NCBI GenBank assembly: GCA_965203315.1
Contig: OZ241857.1
Location: 1,876,505 to 1,940,504, forward strand
Direction of reading: 5' to 3'
Length of the DNA stretch: 64,000 nt
DNA from: Nitrosopumilus sp.
GTDB taxonomy: Archaea; Thermoproteota; Nitrososphaeria; Nitrososphaerales; Nitrosopumilaceae
The translations under genes and the position numbers were made by a program. The notes below the pieces were generated by a model, which saw only the letters and a list, made by a program, of their open reading frames with translations, searched no databases and was not told the origin of the DNA. Positions 32,337 through 44,400 of this stretch are shown one piece after another. The stretch's first letter is position 1. Each line of letters starts with the position of its first letter.

Positions 32337-33137
32337 TGGAAAACATTACTCAAAATTTCAACTTAAATTTTCTTATTCTCAGTCAAGAAACGAGTCAAAC
32401 TAATCTTGCACGAGCATGGCTTGTAACTATGATTTACTATACACAATAAACTCCAATCAAAAATTAGTCATTTTGGAAAAATTTCCCACGAGATGCCCCT
32501 AACTCTGGGTGTCCACAGACCGATATAAGCCACTATGAGAGAACTGTCTCAAAGATAAAAACAGGTGTGGATAAAACAAGTAATTTATGGAATGGTGATT
32601 GCGGCTTTTATTGATACAATATTTTACAGATTTGGCAAACTAGAAGATCAGATTACAGACTTGGCCATAATTATAATGCGCGATATCAGATTGAATCAAG
32701 CCATCTGACATGATGTTATTTTTAAGAGAGAAGAGTAATTCATGCCGTGGTAATATTACAAGATACAAACACGATAAGGAGATATTTGCTACTAGAGATA
32801 AAAACGAATCAAGTTTTTGTGGTTGGATGTGATTGTAATCTCTGTGTGGTATTGCCCTTGGTTTATGATTTGAAAAATGAACACACAACGTCTATCGATC
32901 ATTTGTGCGAAAAAGATGATGAAATCTAGTCTCACACAATACAAAATCTGATTGTACGTCATCGGTGTGAATCTATACTGGTAGTGTCTTAGTGAGTCAT
33001 CAAAGGCTTGCGTCTCATCTCTCATCATGACCTACTTGCGACATAATACTGATCACTTGGACATCTTTCTAATGCCTCAATAACTTGGCAGACCTGTGCT
33101 ATGAAACCTTAATAATCTACCAAAACCATTTTTACTC

Positions 33138-33299
33138 ATGGGACGAAGAAAGACTCAGAAAGTGATTCGTAGCAGACAAAAGAATGCAACGACTGGCATG
33201 TGTCCTCTATGTATGACTATTGGTAAGGTATTTCTGATTGGACCACCTGGTAAAGAACGCTGCAAATGTGAAAAATGTCGTCAAGAATTTGAACTATAA
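33138..33299 (+). CDS. Small basic zinc-ribbon protein, 53 aa, Elf1-like (not in the ORF track)
   Basis: MGRRKTQK...CPLC...CEKC; TATA-like TTAATAAT upstream. Confidence 0.65.
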   Translation: MGRRKTQKVIRSRQKNATTGMCPLCMTIGKVFLIGPPGKERCKCEKCRQEFEL

Positions 33300-33382
33300 C
33301 ATGATCACATGCGTGCGTATTGCCTCTATTTTCTCTGTAGGGTGATAGGCTGATCAATTAACTTAATATACCGATTTATGCT

Positions 33383-35506
33383 TTGAGCGATCAAGATATG
33401 GATGTAAAAACAATCTTTGACGAGACTATCAATACTGACCATAAAGTCATAACAGAAGAGGCATCTAAATCTATCTTGGAAGAGTATGCTGTAAATGTAC
33501 CTCCTTTTGCTCTAGTTAAATCATCTACTGATGCAGTAAAGCAGGCAAAAAAGATAGGCTTTCCACTAGTTATGAAGGTCGTCTCTCCTCAGATATTACA
33601 CAAGACCGATGTTGGTGGCGTAAAGGTTGGCGTTAATAGCATATCAGAAGTTCGATCTACATTTGATGACATGTATAACAGACTCTCAAATAAAAAAGAT
33701 GTAGAGATAAAAGGTATCTTGCTTGAAAAGATGGTTCCAAAAGGCGTAGAGTTGATCGTTGGTATTCAAAACGATCCACAGTTTGGTCCGGTAATGATGG
33801 TTGGGCTAGGTGGAACCATGACTGAGATTATGAAAGATGTATCATTTAGGATGTTACCGATCACAAAGACCGACGCAAGATCGATGCTTGCTGAATTAAA
33901 AGGGTACAAACTCTTACGTGGCTTTCGTGGTAGCGAACCTATTGATATCGACCAAGTTGCAAAGATGTTGGTTCAGATAAGTAAACTTGGCGTAGATAAT
34001 GCAGATTACATAAACAGTATAGACTTTAATCCAGTCGTAGTGTACCCCAAGTCACACTATGTTGTAGACGCAAAGATCATACTAAACGACACTGTAAAGT
34101 ACAATTCAATATCAAAGGCAAAACCAAACCGAGACAACATGGAGACATTTTTCACTCCAAAGTCAGTAGCACTAGTTGGAGCATCTGCTACTAGAGGTAA
34201 GATCGGCAACTCTATTCTAGATAGTCTAGTAAACTATGATTTTAAAGGTAATGTATATCCAATAAATCCCAAATCTGATAAAATATTTGGTAAAAAATGC
34301 TATTCCTCCATAACTGAGATACCTGGCAAAGTAGATCTAGTCGTCATATCAGTAGATCTATCGGTAACTCCGCCAATTCTTAAAGACTGTGCAAAGAAAG
34401 GTGTCCATAGTGTTGTCATTGTATCTGGTGGTGGAAAGGAGCTTGGTGGTGAACGAGCTCAATATGAGGCAGAGATAAAACAACTCTCTGAACAACACAA
34501 GATTAGGATAATAGGACCCAACTGTATTGGAATGTTCAATGCAGCAAATAGACTAGATTGTGCATTTCAAGGTCAAGCAAGGATGATCAGAGCAAGACTA
34601 GGGCCTGTTGCACTGTTGTCGCAGAGTGGAACTATGGGTATCAGTTTTTTGGAGAGCGCCGATACATTTGGATTATCCAAGATGATAAGCTATGGAAATC
34701 GCTCTGATGTTGATGAAGCAGACATGATCTGGTATCTTGCAAACGATCCACAGACAAAGGTAATAGCACTATATGTCGAAGGATTTGGCGACGGACGCAA
34801 GTTCATTAATACTGCAAAGAGAGTGATGAAGGAGAATAAAAAGCCGGTTGTAATATGGAAGAGTGGCAGAACAGAACTTGGAGCAAAGCAAGCCCAATCT
34901 CATACAGGCTCGCTAGGAGGATCTAATGCAATAATTATGGGTGCTTTTAAACAAGCTGGAATAATCTCTGTAGATAGTTATCAAGAGTTGGTTGCAGTAT
35001 CCAAAGCACTTGCGTGGCAACCAGCTGCCAAAGGTAATCGTGCCGCAATGGCTAGCAATGGAGCAGGGCCCATGATAGGCGCAATGGATCACTTTGAACG
35101 ACTAGGGTTACAGCTTGCCAAAGTTAGCCCCGAGTCTCTAAAAAAGATGCTATCTCACTTTCCACCTACATACGTGATAGGCAGCGGTAATCCAGCTGAT
35201 GTGACCGGTGGCGCAAGCGCTGAGGATTATGACTTTGTAATGAAGACTTTTGCAAGTGATTCAAACGTTGACATCATTATGCCGTGGTTTGTATTTCAAG
35301 ATGATCCACTAGATGAGATTATAGTAAAGTATCTAACAGCGATCTCCAAAAAACAACAAAAACCTCTACTGGTTGGTGGAAACGGCGGACCGTACACGAA
35401 AAAGGTCAGCAAGATGATCGAAGATAATAAAGTTCCAGTCTATGATGATCTTCGAGATTGGGTCGCTGCTGCTTCAGCATTGGTCAAGTGGGGCAAGCAT
35501 CAATAA
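33383..35506 (+). CDS. ADP-forming acyl-CoA synthetase, probable 3-hydroxypropionyl-CoA synthetase of the 3HP/4HB cycle
   Basis: ATP-grasp domain (HKTDVGGV) followed by CoA-binding and ligase domains (GPNC, SQSG, SHTG); directly upstream of a crotonase as in Nitrosopumilus. Confidence 0.85.
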   Translation: MSDQDMDVKTIFDETINTDHKVITEEASKSILEEYAVNVPPFALVKSSTDAVKQAKKIGFPLVMKVVSPQILHKTDVGGVKVGVNSISEVRSTFDDMYNRLSNKKDVEIKGILLEKMVPKGVELIVGIQNDPQFGPVMMVGLGGTMTEIMKDVSFRMLPITKTDARSMLAELKGYKLLRGFRGSEPIDIDQVAKMLVQISKLGVDNADYINSIDFNPVVVYPKSHYVVDAKIILNDTVKYNSISKAKPNRDNMETFFTPKSVALVGASATRGKIGNSILDSLVNYDFKGNVYPINPKSDKIFGKKCYSSITEIPGKVDLVVISVDLSVTPPILKDCAKKGVHSVVIVSGGGKELGGERAQYEAEIKQLSEQHKIRIIGPNCIGMFNAANRLDCAFQGQARMIRARLGPVALLSQSGTMGISFLESADTFGLSKMISYGNRSDVDEADMIWYLANDPQTKVIALYVEGFGDGRKFINTAKRVMKENKKPVVIWKSGRTELGAKQAQSHTGSLGGSNAIIMGAFKQAGIISVDSYQELVAVSKALAWQPAAKGNRAAMASNGAGPMIGAMDHFERLGLQLAKVSPESLKKMLSHFPPTYVIGSGNPADVTGGASAEDYDFVMKTFASDSNVDIIMPWFVFQDDPLDEIIVKYLTAISKKQQKPLLVGGNGGPYTKKVSKMIEDNKVPVYDDLRDWVAAASALVKWGKHQ

Positions 35507-35538
35507 CATTTAATTCATACATGTTGGCGAACATAAAC

Positions 35539-36294
35539 ATGACACTAGTAACTGCATCCACGTCAGAAGGAATATGCACCGTCACGATAAATCGCCCTGA
35601 TAAACTAAACGCGATGAATATTGATGTTGCTAGAGATATCATCAAAACTTTTGAGTTGCTAAACCATGATGATAATGTCCACGTCATCATTCTTACGGGA
35701 GAAGGTCAAAAAGCATTCTCTGCAGGAGCAGATATTGAATACATGTCCAAGATATCGCCTGACGAATCAGTCGAGTATGCAAAGATCGGTCAACTGGTAA
35801 CTCAGACAGTCGAACTAGTACGACAACCAACCATTGCGGCAATCAACGGATTTGCTTTGGGTGGCGGTTGTGAACTCGCAATGTCGTGTGATATTAGAAT
35901 TGCAGCCGATACTGCAAAATTGGGTCAACCAGAGGTAACAATTGGAATTCCGCCTGGTTGGGGAGGTACACAACGATTGATGCGAATAGTTGGTATTGCA
36001 AAAGCAAAAGAGTTGGTATACACCGGCAAGATGATAAAGGCAGATGTTGCAAAAGAGATCGGATTAGTAAATCACGTGGTGCCTCTAGATTCGCTACGAG
36101 ACGAAGCTATGCGTATGGCAAAAGATATCGCAAAAAACTCTGCCATGGGAGTTCAAATGTCCAAAGTTGCAATAAACAAAGGACGTAACGCTGATCTGGA
36201 CACTGGACTTGGAATCGAACTGCTTGCATGGCGTAACTGCTTTACGCACCCTGACCGTCAATCTCGTATGACTGACTTTCTCAACAAAAAGTAA
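35539..36294 (+). CDS. Enoyl-CoA hydratase, probable 3-hydroxypropionyl-CoA dehydratase/crotonyl-CoA hydratase
   Basis: [16 protein letters not shown] and PGWGGTQRL; gene context. Confidence 0.87.
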   Translation: MTLVTASTSEGICTVTINRPDKLNAMNIDVARDIIKTFELLNHDDNVHVIILTGEGQKAFSAGADIEYMSKISPDESVEYAKIGQLVTQTVELVRQPTIAAINGFALGGGCELAMSCDIRIAADTAKLGQPEVTIGIPPGWGGTQRLMRIVGIAKAKELVYTGKMIKADVAKEIGLVNHVVPLDSLRDEAMRMAKDIAKNSAMGVQMSKVAINKGRNADLDTGLGIELLAWRNCFTHPDRQSRMTDFLNKK

Positions 36295-36688
36295 TATCGT
36301 AACTGTTCTGACAAGTCTGACACCAATCAAGTTCATTTGCATTACATGTAGTGTAATGTGGTGCGATATAGTAGACTGTATGCGTATTATTAAGAGTGCC
36401 CATGTCCAGTCATCAAACACGATAACAATGAATCGATTTGCCTCTATAAATCACGCTTGTGTTTTATTGTACCTTAAACGTGAGTATGATGTAAGAAATA
36501 CGCATACCGTCTTGTGATGTACTATCAGACTGTTGTAAGCAAATCTCTGCTTGAGACAACACTTTGCTCGTATGCGTAGCTAGTATCTTGAACATTATGA
36601 TTACTGCGTCTTGATAGATCTACTCACTCCGTCTCGATGATGCCCAGAGTGCCAAAGGTTATTATAATTTGTTATCATACTCTGTACA

Positions 36689-37039
36689 ATGGAAACAGAA
36701 CAAACTCAAAAGATGATCACAGTTACTGCAAAAGCAGCTGAAAAGATCAAAGAGTTTATGAACGAAGAAGCAGAGAAACCAGAATATCTACGTGTCTATG
36801 TTCAAGGTGGTGGTTGTTCTGGTCTATCTTATGGAATGGGCTTTGAGAAAGCACCAGAAGAAGACGACCTGGTTATGGAAGAGAATGGAATAAAACTCCT
36901 TGTCGACAACTATAGTGTTGATCATCTCAAGGGTGCAAATGTTGACTATATTGAGAGTCTGATGGGATCTGGCTTCAAGATCAACAATCCAAATGTAACA
37001 AAGTCTTGTTCTTGTGGTCACTCTTTTAGTACAGAGTAA
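36689..37039 (+). CDS. Fe-S cluster insertion protein (HesB/IscA/ErpA)
   Basis: GGGCSGLSY and CSCGHSF. Confidence 0.93.
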   Translation: METEQTQKMITVTAKAAEKIKEFMNEEAEKPEYLRVYVQGGGCSGLSYGMGFEKAPEEDDLVMEENGIKLLVDNYSVDHLKGANVDYIESLMGSGFKINNPNVTKSCSCGHSFSTE

Positions 37040-37393
37040 ATCCACTAGTCACTTTTTTTCATTTTTAATGCATGTGTGATCTATTCCAGGTTCTTTTAAC
37101 TTAACGGGGGGTCGATAGTTTTCACGCAACATTCTCTAAAAATTTTACAAGTCATGAAAAATGGTTAGAACACCCATTGTAGATTTTGCTGTTTTAAGTT
37201 GCATACAGTGCGTTTCTTGAAATACCTACAACTTAATCTTAACCCCCCGTTAAGTTAACCATATGTGAAGAAGTCGATCAGAGTACATTCAGATGATACA
37301 AAGCATGCAGGTCGATCCAAGCGATCATCTGTAAAGCGATCTAAAAGAGGAAATGCAAACAAACAGATTACCCATCCAAAAAGTAAAAACAAG

Positions 37394-38401
37394 ATGATCT
37401 ATATCGGAATAGATGCACATAAGAGATTTCTGCAAATTGCAGCAATGGATCAGGATGGCAAGCGTCTACTCAATGAGCGTGTTGCCACAGATCATGACAG
37501 TCTAAAAAAATTCTTTGCGCAGTTTACACCACTCAATACACGTTGTGTGATGGAGTCATCGTCAGTATGGTATTGGTTGTATAGATACTTGACAGATGAA
37601 TTGGGATTTGGTGTAGTGTTATCGAATCCATATCAAACAAAGGCTATTGCAGAATCAAAGAAAAAGACAGACAAGGTGGATGCATGGACACTGGCAGATC
37701 TTTTAAGAGGAAATTATATCTCGCCTTGTTTTGTTCCTAGTGAATACATTGTTAAATTGAAACAGTTGGTTCGACATAGAGATATAATTGTAAAAGGAAG
37801 AACGCGATACAAGAATCTTATACATGGGATATTACTGCAATATGGAATTAAAATACCTGGTTCAAGTTTTAGCAAGTCATTTAGAGAGGAATTGAAGAAA
37901 CTCGAGGATTATAGAATAGATAACTATTTGGACATGATAAACCTCTCTGACGAAAAGATTCGACAGTTGGATATTAAAATGCATAAAGAAGTAAAGAGAT
38001 CACATGATGCGCAGTTGTTAAAGACAATTCCGGGAGTTGGAAACTTTGTTGCACTTGTTGTAATATCCAGCATTGGAGATGTCAAGAGATTCCCAAATGT
38101 ACGCAAAATGTGTTCGTATGCAGGAATAGTGCCGTCTGTTCGCAATTCAGCTGGTAAACAAAATCACGGACGTATAACGAGGAAAGGTGATAAAATACTT
38201 AGATGGGCATTGACCGAAGCAGTTCATGTACACATAAAATGTGAACCCCATAGCTACATTACAAAATTTTATACTAGAATTAAAAAGAGACGCGTGACAA
38301 GCAAGGCAACTGTTGCAACTGCCTCCAAGCTACTCCGATTGATGTACCATATGCTTATAGATAGGGATGATTATGTCACACATTGTAGTCGAAATCATTA
38401 A
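37394..38401 (+). CDS. IS110/IS1111 DEDD recombinase (transposase)
   Basis: IGIDAHK, VMESS, KTDKVDA, TIPGVG and PSVRNSAG; start placed at ATG 37394 (the ORF track extends to 37265). Confidence 0.93.
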   Translation: MIYIGIDAHKRFLQIAAMDQDGKRLLNERVATDHDSLKKFFAQFTPLNTRCVMESSSVWYWLYRYLTDELGFGVVLSNPYQTKAIAESKKKTDKVDAWTLADLLRGNYISPCFVPSEYIVKLKQLVRHRDIIVKGRTRYKNLIHGILLQYGIKIPGSSFSKSFREELKKLEDYRIDNYLDMINLSDEKIRQLDIKMHKEVKRSHDAQLLKTIPGVGNFVALVVISSIGDVKRFPNVRKMCSYAGIVPSVRNSAGKQNHGRITRKGDKILRWALTEAVHVHIKCEPHSYITKFYTRIKKRRVTSKATVATASKLLRLMYHMLIDRDDYVTHCSRNH

Positions 38402-38590
38402 CGTACGGGTTCTGTTTGAGATATCACTCGGCAAGTTAAATGTACAGATTTTGACGAATGGACGAAGAATGATACTGAGTTAACCACTCGAATGGATATA
38501 TGTTCGCAGTCCTTTACATGGGAACACATCCCTAGCGTAAGCTATACACAATAGTCGTGAATCAGAGTAAATCTTTATAAGCTATTCACA
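38402..38590 (+). ncRNA. Putative bridge/seek RNA of the IS1111 element
   Basis: Two parallel stem-internal loop-hairpin units (38403-38445 and 38460-38512) carrying target and donor matches. Confidence 0.75.
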
Positions 38591-38715
38591 TGGATAAAAG
38601 AACCGTATTCCATATGGTGGCTTTTGATCACCATGTATTTGATATTGTATAAACTGTACAAATTTGATATTCTCACACTAACTTGAATCATTATTCTGCC
38701 ATGATTCCAATATGC

Positions 38716-39858
38716 CTAACTGACACCAAGATCTTTGAACGTCTTGAGTACTATTCCAGTAGAGTTGGTAAGGTTGGCTATTCTGTGACTTACAATATAT
38801 TCGACTCCTACATCTTTGGCGCTATCTAGGAGACGTTGCGTTATGATTCCATCTAGTAATAGATATTTTATTCCTGACTGAGTTGACAGCTTGGCCACGA
38901 CTTCACTTATTGGAACTTTAAAGATCTCTGAATGACTTTCATCTAGAGCTACTGCCTCTAGTGTTTGGTTTAGATCAGGATATATTTTAGCGGTGATGTC
39001 TGCAATCGGTTTATCTGCATCATCTTTGAGTTTTGGAGACTGCTTCTCTTCTTTGATCTCATCTGCTATGGGTCTTAGTATCTCATCTATTCGTTGAGGA
39101 GTTAGTTCTTCAACCTCTACTCCATTATCTGCTCGTACCTCGTAGTCTATAGTTACGACTGACTTTAACTCTTTCAGAATAAAACCGCCTGCTCTATCTC
39201 CATCTAGAAATGCAACTATGATATCTTTTGTCTTACACAACTCTTTGATGGACTCGTCGATCTTGGCCCCCTCAATAGCAATTGCATTATCATATCCTGC
39301 ACGTAATAGGTTGATGACATCTGCTCTTCCTTCTACTAGTATGATCCAATCTGAATCTAACATTCCTGGACTACATGTAAGTTTTGATGGACCATAAGTA
39401 GACAGCTTTTTCACATCTCCCTGGTGTACATCATTTAGCATGATCTCTCCTTCACTGACTGTCTTTGTTGCCCATTTTCGTTTGATCTCTTTTGCACGTC
39501 TTACAATATCCTCTTTCTTTGCAGCTCGTACATCATCTATGGTGTCTAGTTTGAATGTGCAGTCAAATGGTCCAACCTTGTCTATGCTCTCTATTCCTGC
39601 TGCAATTAACGCACACGTGTCGATGTCTGTACTCATGGGAATTATCACTGAACCTGAGGTGGTGTTTGTTGTCGATTTGGCAGTTACCTCTATTCGACCG
39701 ACTTTTGAGACTCGTTGTAACTCGTTCAGATTCATCTCCGGACCTAGAAGACCTTCGGTTTGACCAAAGATCGCTCCAATTATATCTGTCCGTTCAACGA
39801 GCCCATCAACTTCGTAGGAAAGCTTAACGTGATACTTGACAATTCCTGATTGAGGCAT
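38716..39858 (-). CDS. dnaG: Archaeal DnaG-type primase
   Basis: GAIFGQTEGLLG, VEGRADVINL and FLDGDRAG (TOPRIM). Confidence 0.95.
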   Translation of the reverse strand: MPQSGIVKYHVKLSYEVDGLVERTDIIGAIFGQTEGLLGPEMNLNELQRVSKVGRIEVTAKSTTNTTSGSVIIPMSTDIDTCALIAAGIESIDKVGPFDCTFKLDTIDDVRAAKKEDIVRRAKEIKRKWATKTVSEGEIMLNDVHQGDVKKLSTYGPSKLTCSPGMLDSDWIILVEGRADVINLLRAGYDNAIAIEGAKIDESIKELCKTKDIIVAFLDGDRAGGFILKELKSVVTIDYEVRADNGVEVEELTPQRIDEILRPIADEIKEEKQSPKLKDDADKPIADITAKIYPDLNQTLEAVALDESHSEIFKVPISEVVAKLSTQSGIKYLLLDGIITQRLLDSAKDVGVEYIVSHRIANLTNSTGIVLKTFKDLGVS

Positions 39859-40112
39859 AAACTAATCATCTCCTTAATTATCATATAATTGGTTTTAAAG
39901 TCCCATATATCAGGGTATCGATTAGGGATTAGCAAACAACTATGTCGATCATACTCTTGAGTGCCAAGATCAATTATTCTGTATTTCAATACTTGTTGCT
40001 AGTGACAGTATAGATCTCTTTGGTTTACGTGGGATAGAATTCTCACAGAAAACACTACAAGATTCTATTGAGGGAATGTGGGAAAAGCCTTGCGAAAAAC
40101 CATCTCATGTAC

Positions 40113-41345
40113 CAGACATCGCAAAAGTAACTATAATTTAACCAAAAGATCAAAAATATCGATCAAACAAAGTCAATAAGGATTGCATGTCTCAGGAATC
40201 TAATGCGCAAACAATCAGACTCGCTGAGACAAGCAGTATCTAGAAACCGTTCTACTTGTAGATATATTTTCATAAACGCTATGGATCAGATACCATTCAA
40301 AGTATCTAATTATCACAATGCCAAATACACAAAATGGGACGGACTCAAGATCATCATAGATGCGGCAGTAGCAAACAAATCTCCTGCTGATCGTTCCAGA
40401 TTGATCAGAGATAGTGATGGTTATGCACCTACAGGCGAATGGATTAGGAAGAGGATCGAAGAGACGTGTGAGAAACCGATAGATGAGATATTCAAGTATG
40501 CCGTGACGCAACACCTGTCAGAGCTAAAACGGCTTGGTCGCTTTCCTCGACATCCTATCATTGGAGTAGACAGAACGAGTTTTTCAAGATATGATAAAGA
40601 TAATCCAGATCTGATTAAGGGTAGAGCGAAAGATGGTACGACTGTATTTGAGACACACATCTCTGCACAGCTGGTCAACCCCGGCACAAGACTTGTTTAA
40701 TCTACATTTTCAGTCAAAAAAGGGGAAAAAATGCTGATTTTATGCCTAAAATTGTAGATTTTTACGAAATAAACTCTACAAGACCAGCGCTGTTTGTTGC
40801 CGATCGTGGGTTTTATTCAGTTGCTATGATCAAATTCTTGAATGGAACTAGACACAAATATTTGATGCCATGCGTAAACACTTCTGGCATAAAAAAAGCA
40901 ATAGAGGAATACAAACGAGGAGAACGAGTTAGAGTGTCAAAATATGTAATAAAGAACAACAAGGATCAAGCAGGATGTTACATCATAATAACTCGTGACA
41001 GAGATGACCCAGAAGAGTATAGAGCATTTGCAACAAATGATCCAAATATTGATCTAGAGAAATATCGCGATCGTTGGGAGATTGAGAATGGATTCAAATT
41101 TACTCGAAATATGCGTGTTAGAACTCACAGTAGATCAACACCGTGTAGAACATACATGTTCATGTCTGCACAAATGTTGCTAAACTTGTGGACTATATTC
41201 AATCTTGTATTGTTGGTTGAAGGTATCACATCTCACAAGATGTACCAAAGCTTGTTTCTTAAAACGGTGCAAACATTGATCGAGATCCTACCTGAGCCGA
41301 TTGCACCCTAGATGCCAAAATTTACACGTACATTTGCGATGTCTG
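40113..41345 (+). mobile_element. ISH3-family insertion sequence
   Basis: TIR CAGACATCGCAAA(A/T)GT; 6-bp TSD ATGTAC at 40107-40112 and 41346-41351. Confidence 0.88.
40203..41311 (+). pseudogene. ISH3 transposase pseudogene
   Basis: Two ORFs (IGVD...; ADRGFY, YRDRWEIENGF) separated by a stop at 40698-40700 and a frameshift in the following A-runs. Confidence 0.8.
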
Positions 41346-41435
41346 ATGTACATAGAAAAGATCCGATTTTTGTGCATGTGTTGTATCGATCTGATCGTGT
41401 ACTTGTGAGTACTTGCTGCAAGTCTACAAGATACT

Positions 41436-41461
41436 TTTATAAGATACGGGGGGGGGGGGGG
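41436..41461 (+). promoter_or_regulatory. TATA-like box followed by a G14 homopolymer upstream of the giant surface protein
   Basis: TTTATAAG at about 41436-41443; G run 41448-41461; start codon at 41474. Confidence 0.6.
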
Positions 41462-41473
41462 AGGGAGTAATTA

Positions 41474-44400
41474 TTGAGTAAGCGTCGTCTGATCCCTATT
41501 CTAGCTTTGGCAGCAGTTGTACCACTCTTACTAGTTGATCTAGATGATGTATTTGCAGCACCTATACCTCCAAACACATATTCCGATCCATCAACAAGCT
41601 GGCGTGATGGTAAAGGTTCCAACGGAGTCCCACTTGTCATACATACTAACAACAACAGCGCAACTCTTCAGATTAATCCTCATGTAACAAGTTATGATCA
41701 CTATAGAAATAATCCCATCAATTACCAACAAGGAGACATTACCATAGATAGAGGCACAAAGATACTACCAAACTCTGTATTGGCATCATTTAGTAGTTGT
41801 ACAGTCAGGTTTGGAGTACAAAACGTAGGTTCCAATCCAGCTAATGCTGACGATCACAATTATGCTAAACTACCCACTGATGTCGATAGTCGCACCTATA
41901 CGAATCCTAGTATAGGCGGTGATGTAAGAGCACTAGGTGTAGACTTTAAACAATATTCTGGCTGTGACGTCTCTGCTCTTACCACTCCAAACTCTACCAA
42001 CTCACCACTCATCACAGACAAAGAGATGAGAGTTACGATTTATGGTCAGGCTGGCAAAAAGGCATTCTTTTCTTCACACTTTGAAAATATCACCACGGCT
42101 CAACTGATCCCAGAGTGTACTAGCGCAAACTTTGACAACAGTACCAATCCCAAAAAACTCAAAGGAGATACAAGGATGTGTCACGGTACCTATGGTGGCG
42201 ATCTAGTTATCATAACAAAGCAGATTGGAGAGTATGGTTCCACTAGTACGATTCTTCCACCAGATACACTACCTATACCACCGCCTAGTGGTTTTCCTAC
42301 TACACTTACTACGAGTGATGTTCCATACCTGAAAAGTAGTCTTAATATCGACAATGGAACACTTGGTACAAGTGCAAAGAGATATCAGATAGATGGTACC
42401 CAACCTGGTTCGTTGGTCAAGGCAGGTGATATCCATATACAAGGTACGACAACGATACTCTCAAATCCGATACTCTTAGATCTCTCAACAACATGTGCTT
42501 TTAATATCGTATCACTTCCTGCTCTAAGTACTGCTTTCCCCACCAACGTACAACCAGCAGGTAATGCAAGCAATCCCGCCTCGATTGCATTTAGTGGACA
42601 ATCTACTTGTGCAAACTGGTCTCCTACACATCCAATGATAACCGACAAAGAGATGCGAATTACTCTGACCAATAAAACAGGCAGTAAGGCATGGTATGCA
42701 TCGCCTAGTGAGGGTATAACAGAAGCTCAGCCGATCCCAGCATGTACAGATGATATGATACACAAGAATCAAACTCTCAAAGGCAGGACAAAGATGTGTT
42801 ATGGTGTGTACAGTGATGATCTAATAATCGTCACCAAGAGATTCTTTGGACAATATGGATCTGCTGACACCATTACACCGCCACAGAATTCTGTGGATCT
42901 TGATTCAAGCTATGCAATCCCTCCAGGTACGCTGTCCATACCTCCACCTAGTGGTTTTCCTACTTCCCTTACTAGTAGTGATGCTCCATACATATCAGCT
43001 CAACGATCTAGCGATAATGGAACAATTGGTGCTACCAGCGCCAAACGATATCAGATAGACGGTAATCAAAACGTACCGGTCAGGGCAGGCGATATCTACA
43101 TACAAGGTACAACAACGATACTCTCAAATCCATTCTTTGTAGGAAAGGGTTACACTTGTCCTTTTAATATATTCTCACTCCATACTGAACGCACTTATCA
43201 CGGGGGTGGTTTTGCTTATCCGACCAACGTACAACCGACAGGTAATGCAACCAATCCGGCATCGATGACATTTCATGGAGACTCTACTTGTGAAAACTGG
43301 TCTCCTACACATCCAATGATAACAGACAAAGAGATGCGAATCACCCTAGACAATAAAACAGGCAGTAAAGCTTGGTATGCATCACCTCGTCAAAACATAA
43401 CAGAAGCGCAACCAATTCCTGCATGTACTACAGATACCATAAATGTCAGTACAGGTAAACTCAAGGGCAACACAAAGATGTGTTATGGTGTATACGACGG
43501 CGATCTGATAATCATCACAAAGAGATTCTTGGGATACTATGGATCTGCTGACACGATCACAACACCACAGAATCCAGTTGATCTCGATTCCGACAAGCCC
43601 ACATCTGCGACCCCTCCGCCCACACCCGGACAGACCCTGACGATAACCATACCTGTACCCAATGATGGTAACATTACCAGTGCGCCCCTCAGTCTCGACC
43701 ACAATACGCCCAACAAGGCACGATTCATCAATAATGAAGTTTCACCAGGATCTGGCACTAGGTATCATGATTTGATTGGTGGACACTTGGGCAACATTAC
43801 GATCCATTACAACACAAATATCACTAGCCAAACGTTTACTGTACCCTCAAATCCTGTTAATTACTGTTATACTGCCCAGGCAAAGGTGGGACAATTCACA
43901 TTCTCTGTGCCAAAGATAAACTCCTATACCGTCATAACATACCTAGATATCTCAAAAAGCACTCTACCAAGATGTACTAGTAGTGTTCCTGATATATCAT
44001 TTGACGGTAAATTAACACTAGACAAAGAGGTCTACATAAAACTGACTGGGACAGACGGCCAAAATATCTTTTATCATGTGAGTGGTACGGACACGCCAGT
44101 AGAGATACCAAAGTGTACCAGTACCAACTTTGATTCTAGCGACAATACACTAAAGGGCAATACAGAGGTATGTTACGGCAAAGACGGCACAGATACAGTC
44201 ATCGTATCCAAGATACTTGCACGCTTTGGAGCAACAACCGAAGATATTCCCAAGTCTAGTACACCAGATCCAGGCAGTCAAGACCTATTGACCATACCGC
44301 CAAAGACCAACTCTACAGTTGACGGTGCAGTACAATTTAACTCGGACAAATTTAATAGCGGCAAGATATTCTATAGTGGCTCTCCTATGAGATTCCTAGA

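Larger units (their letters stand above)
37256..38594 (+). mobile_element. IS110-family element of IS1111 type
   Basis: Subterminal IRs ATGTGAA (37263) and TTCACAT (38585-38591) lie 7 and 3 nt from the ends; TAA at both junctions; long 3' non-coding region. Confidence 0.88.
37089..38604. mobile_element. MITE family A variant whose right TIR is split by the IS1111 element
   Basis: Left TIR GGTTCTTTTAACTTAACGGGGGG; right TIR reconstituted as CCCCCCGTTAAGT-TAA-AAGAACC; flanking 8-mers CTATTCCA (37081-37088) and GTATTCCA (38605-38612). Confidence 0.88.
40012..41364. mobile_element. MITE family B copy split by ISH3
   Basis: agatctctttggtttacgtgggat...catctcatgtac [IS] atagaaaagatcc. Confidence 0.82.

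Noticed and set aside
31620-33050. Long spacers around tRNA-Ser with short broken ORFs
   Set aside because: Probably decayed genes, but no recognisable motif supports a call
42260-43580. Near-duplicate segments in the giant gene as a diversity-generating retroelement template/variable pair
   Set aside because: Both copies are in-frame coding modules, differences are not limited to adenines, and no reverse transcriptase is in the window
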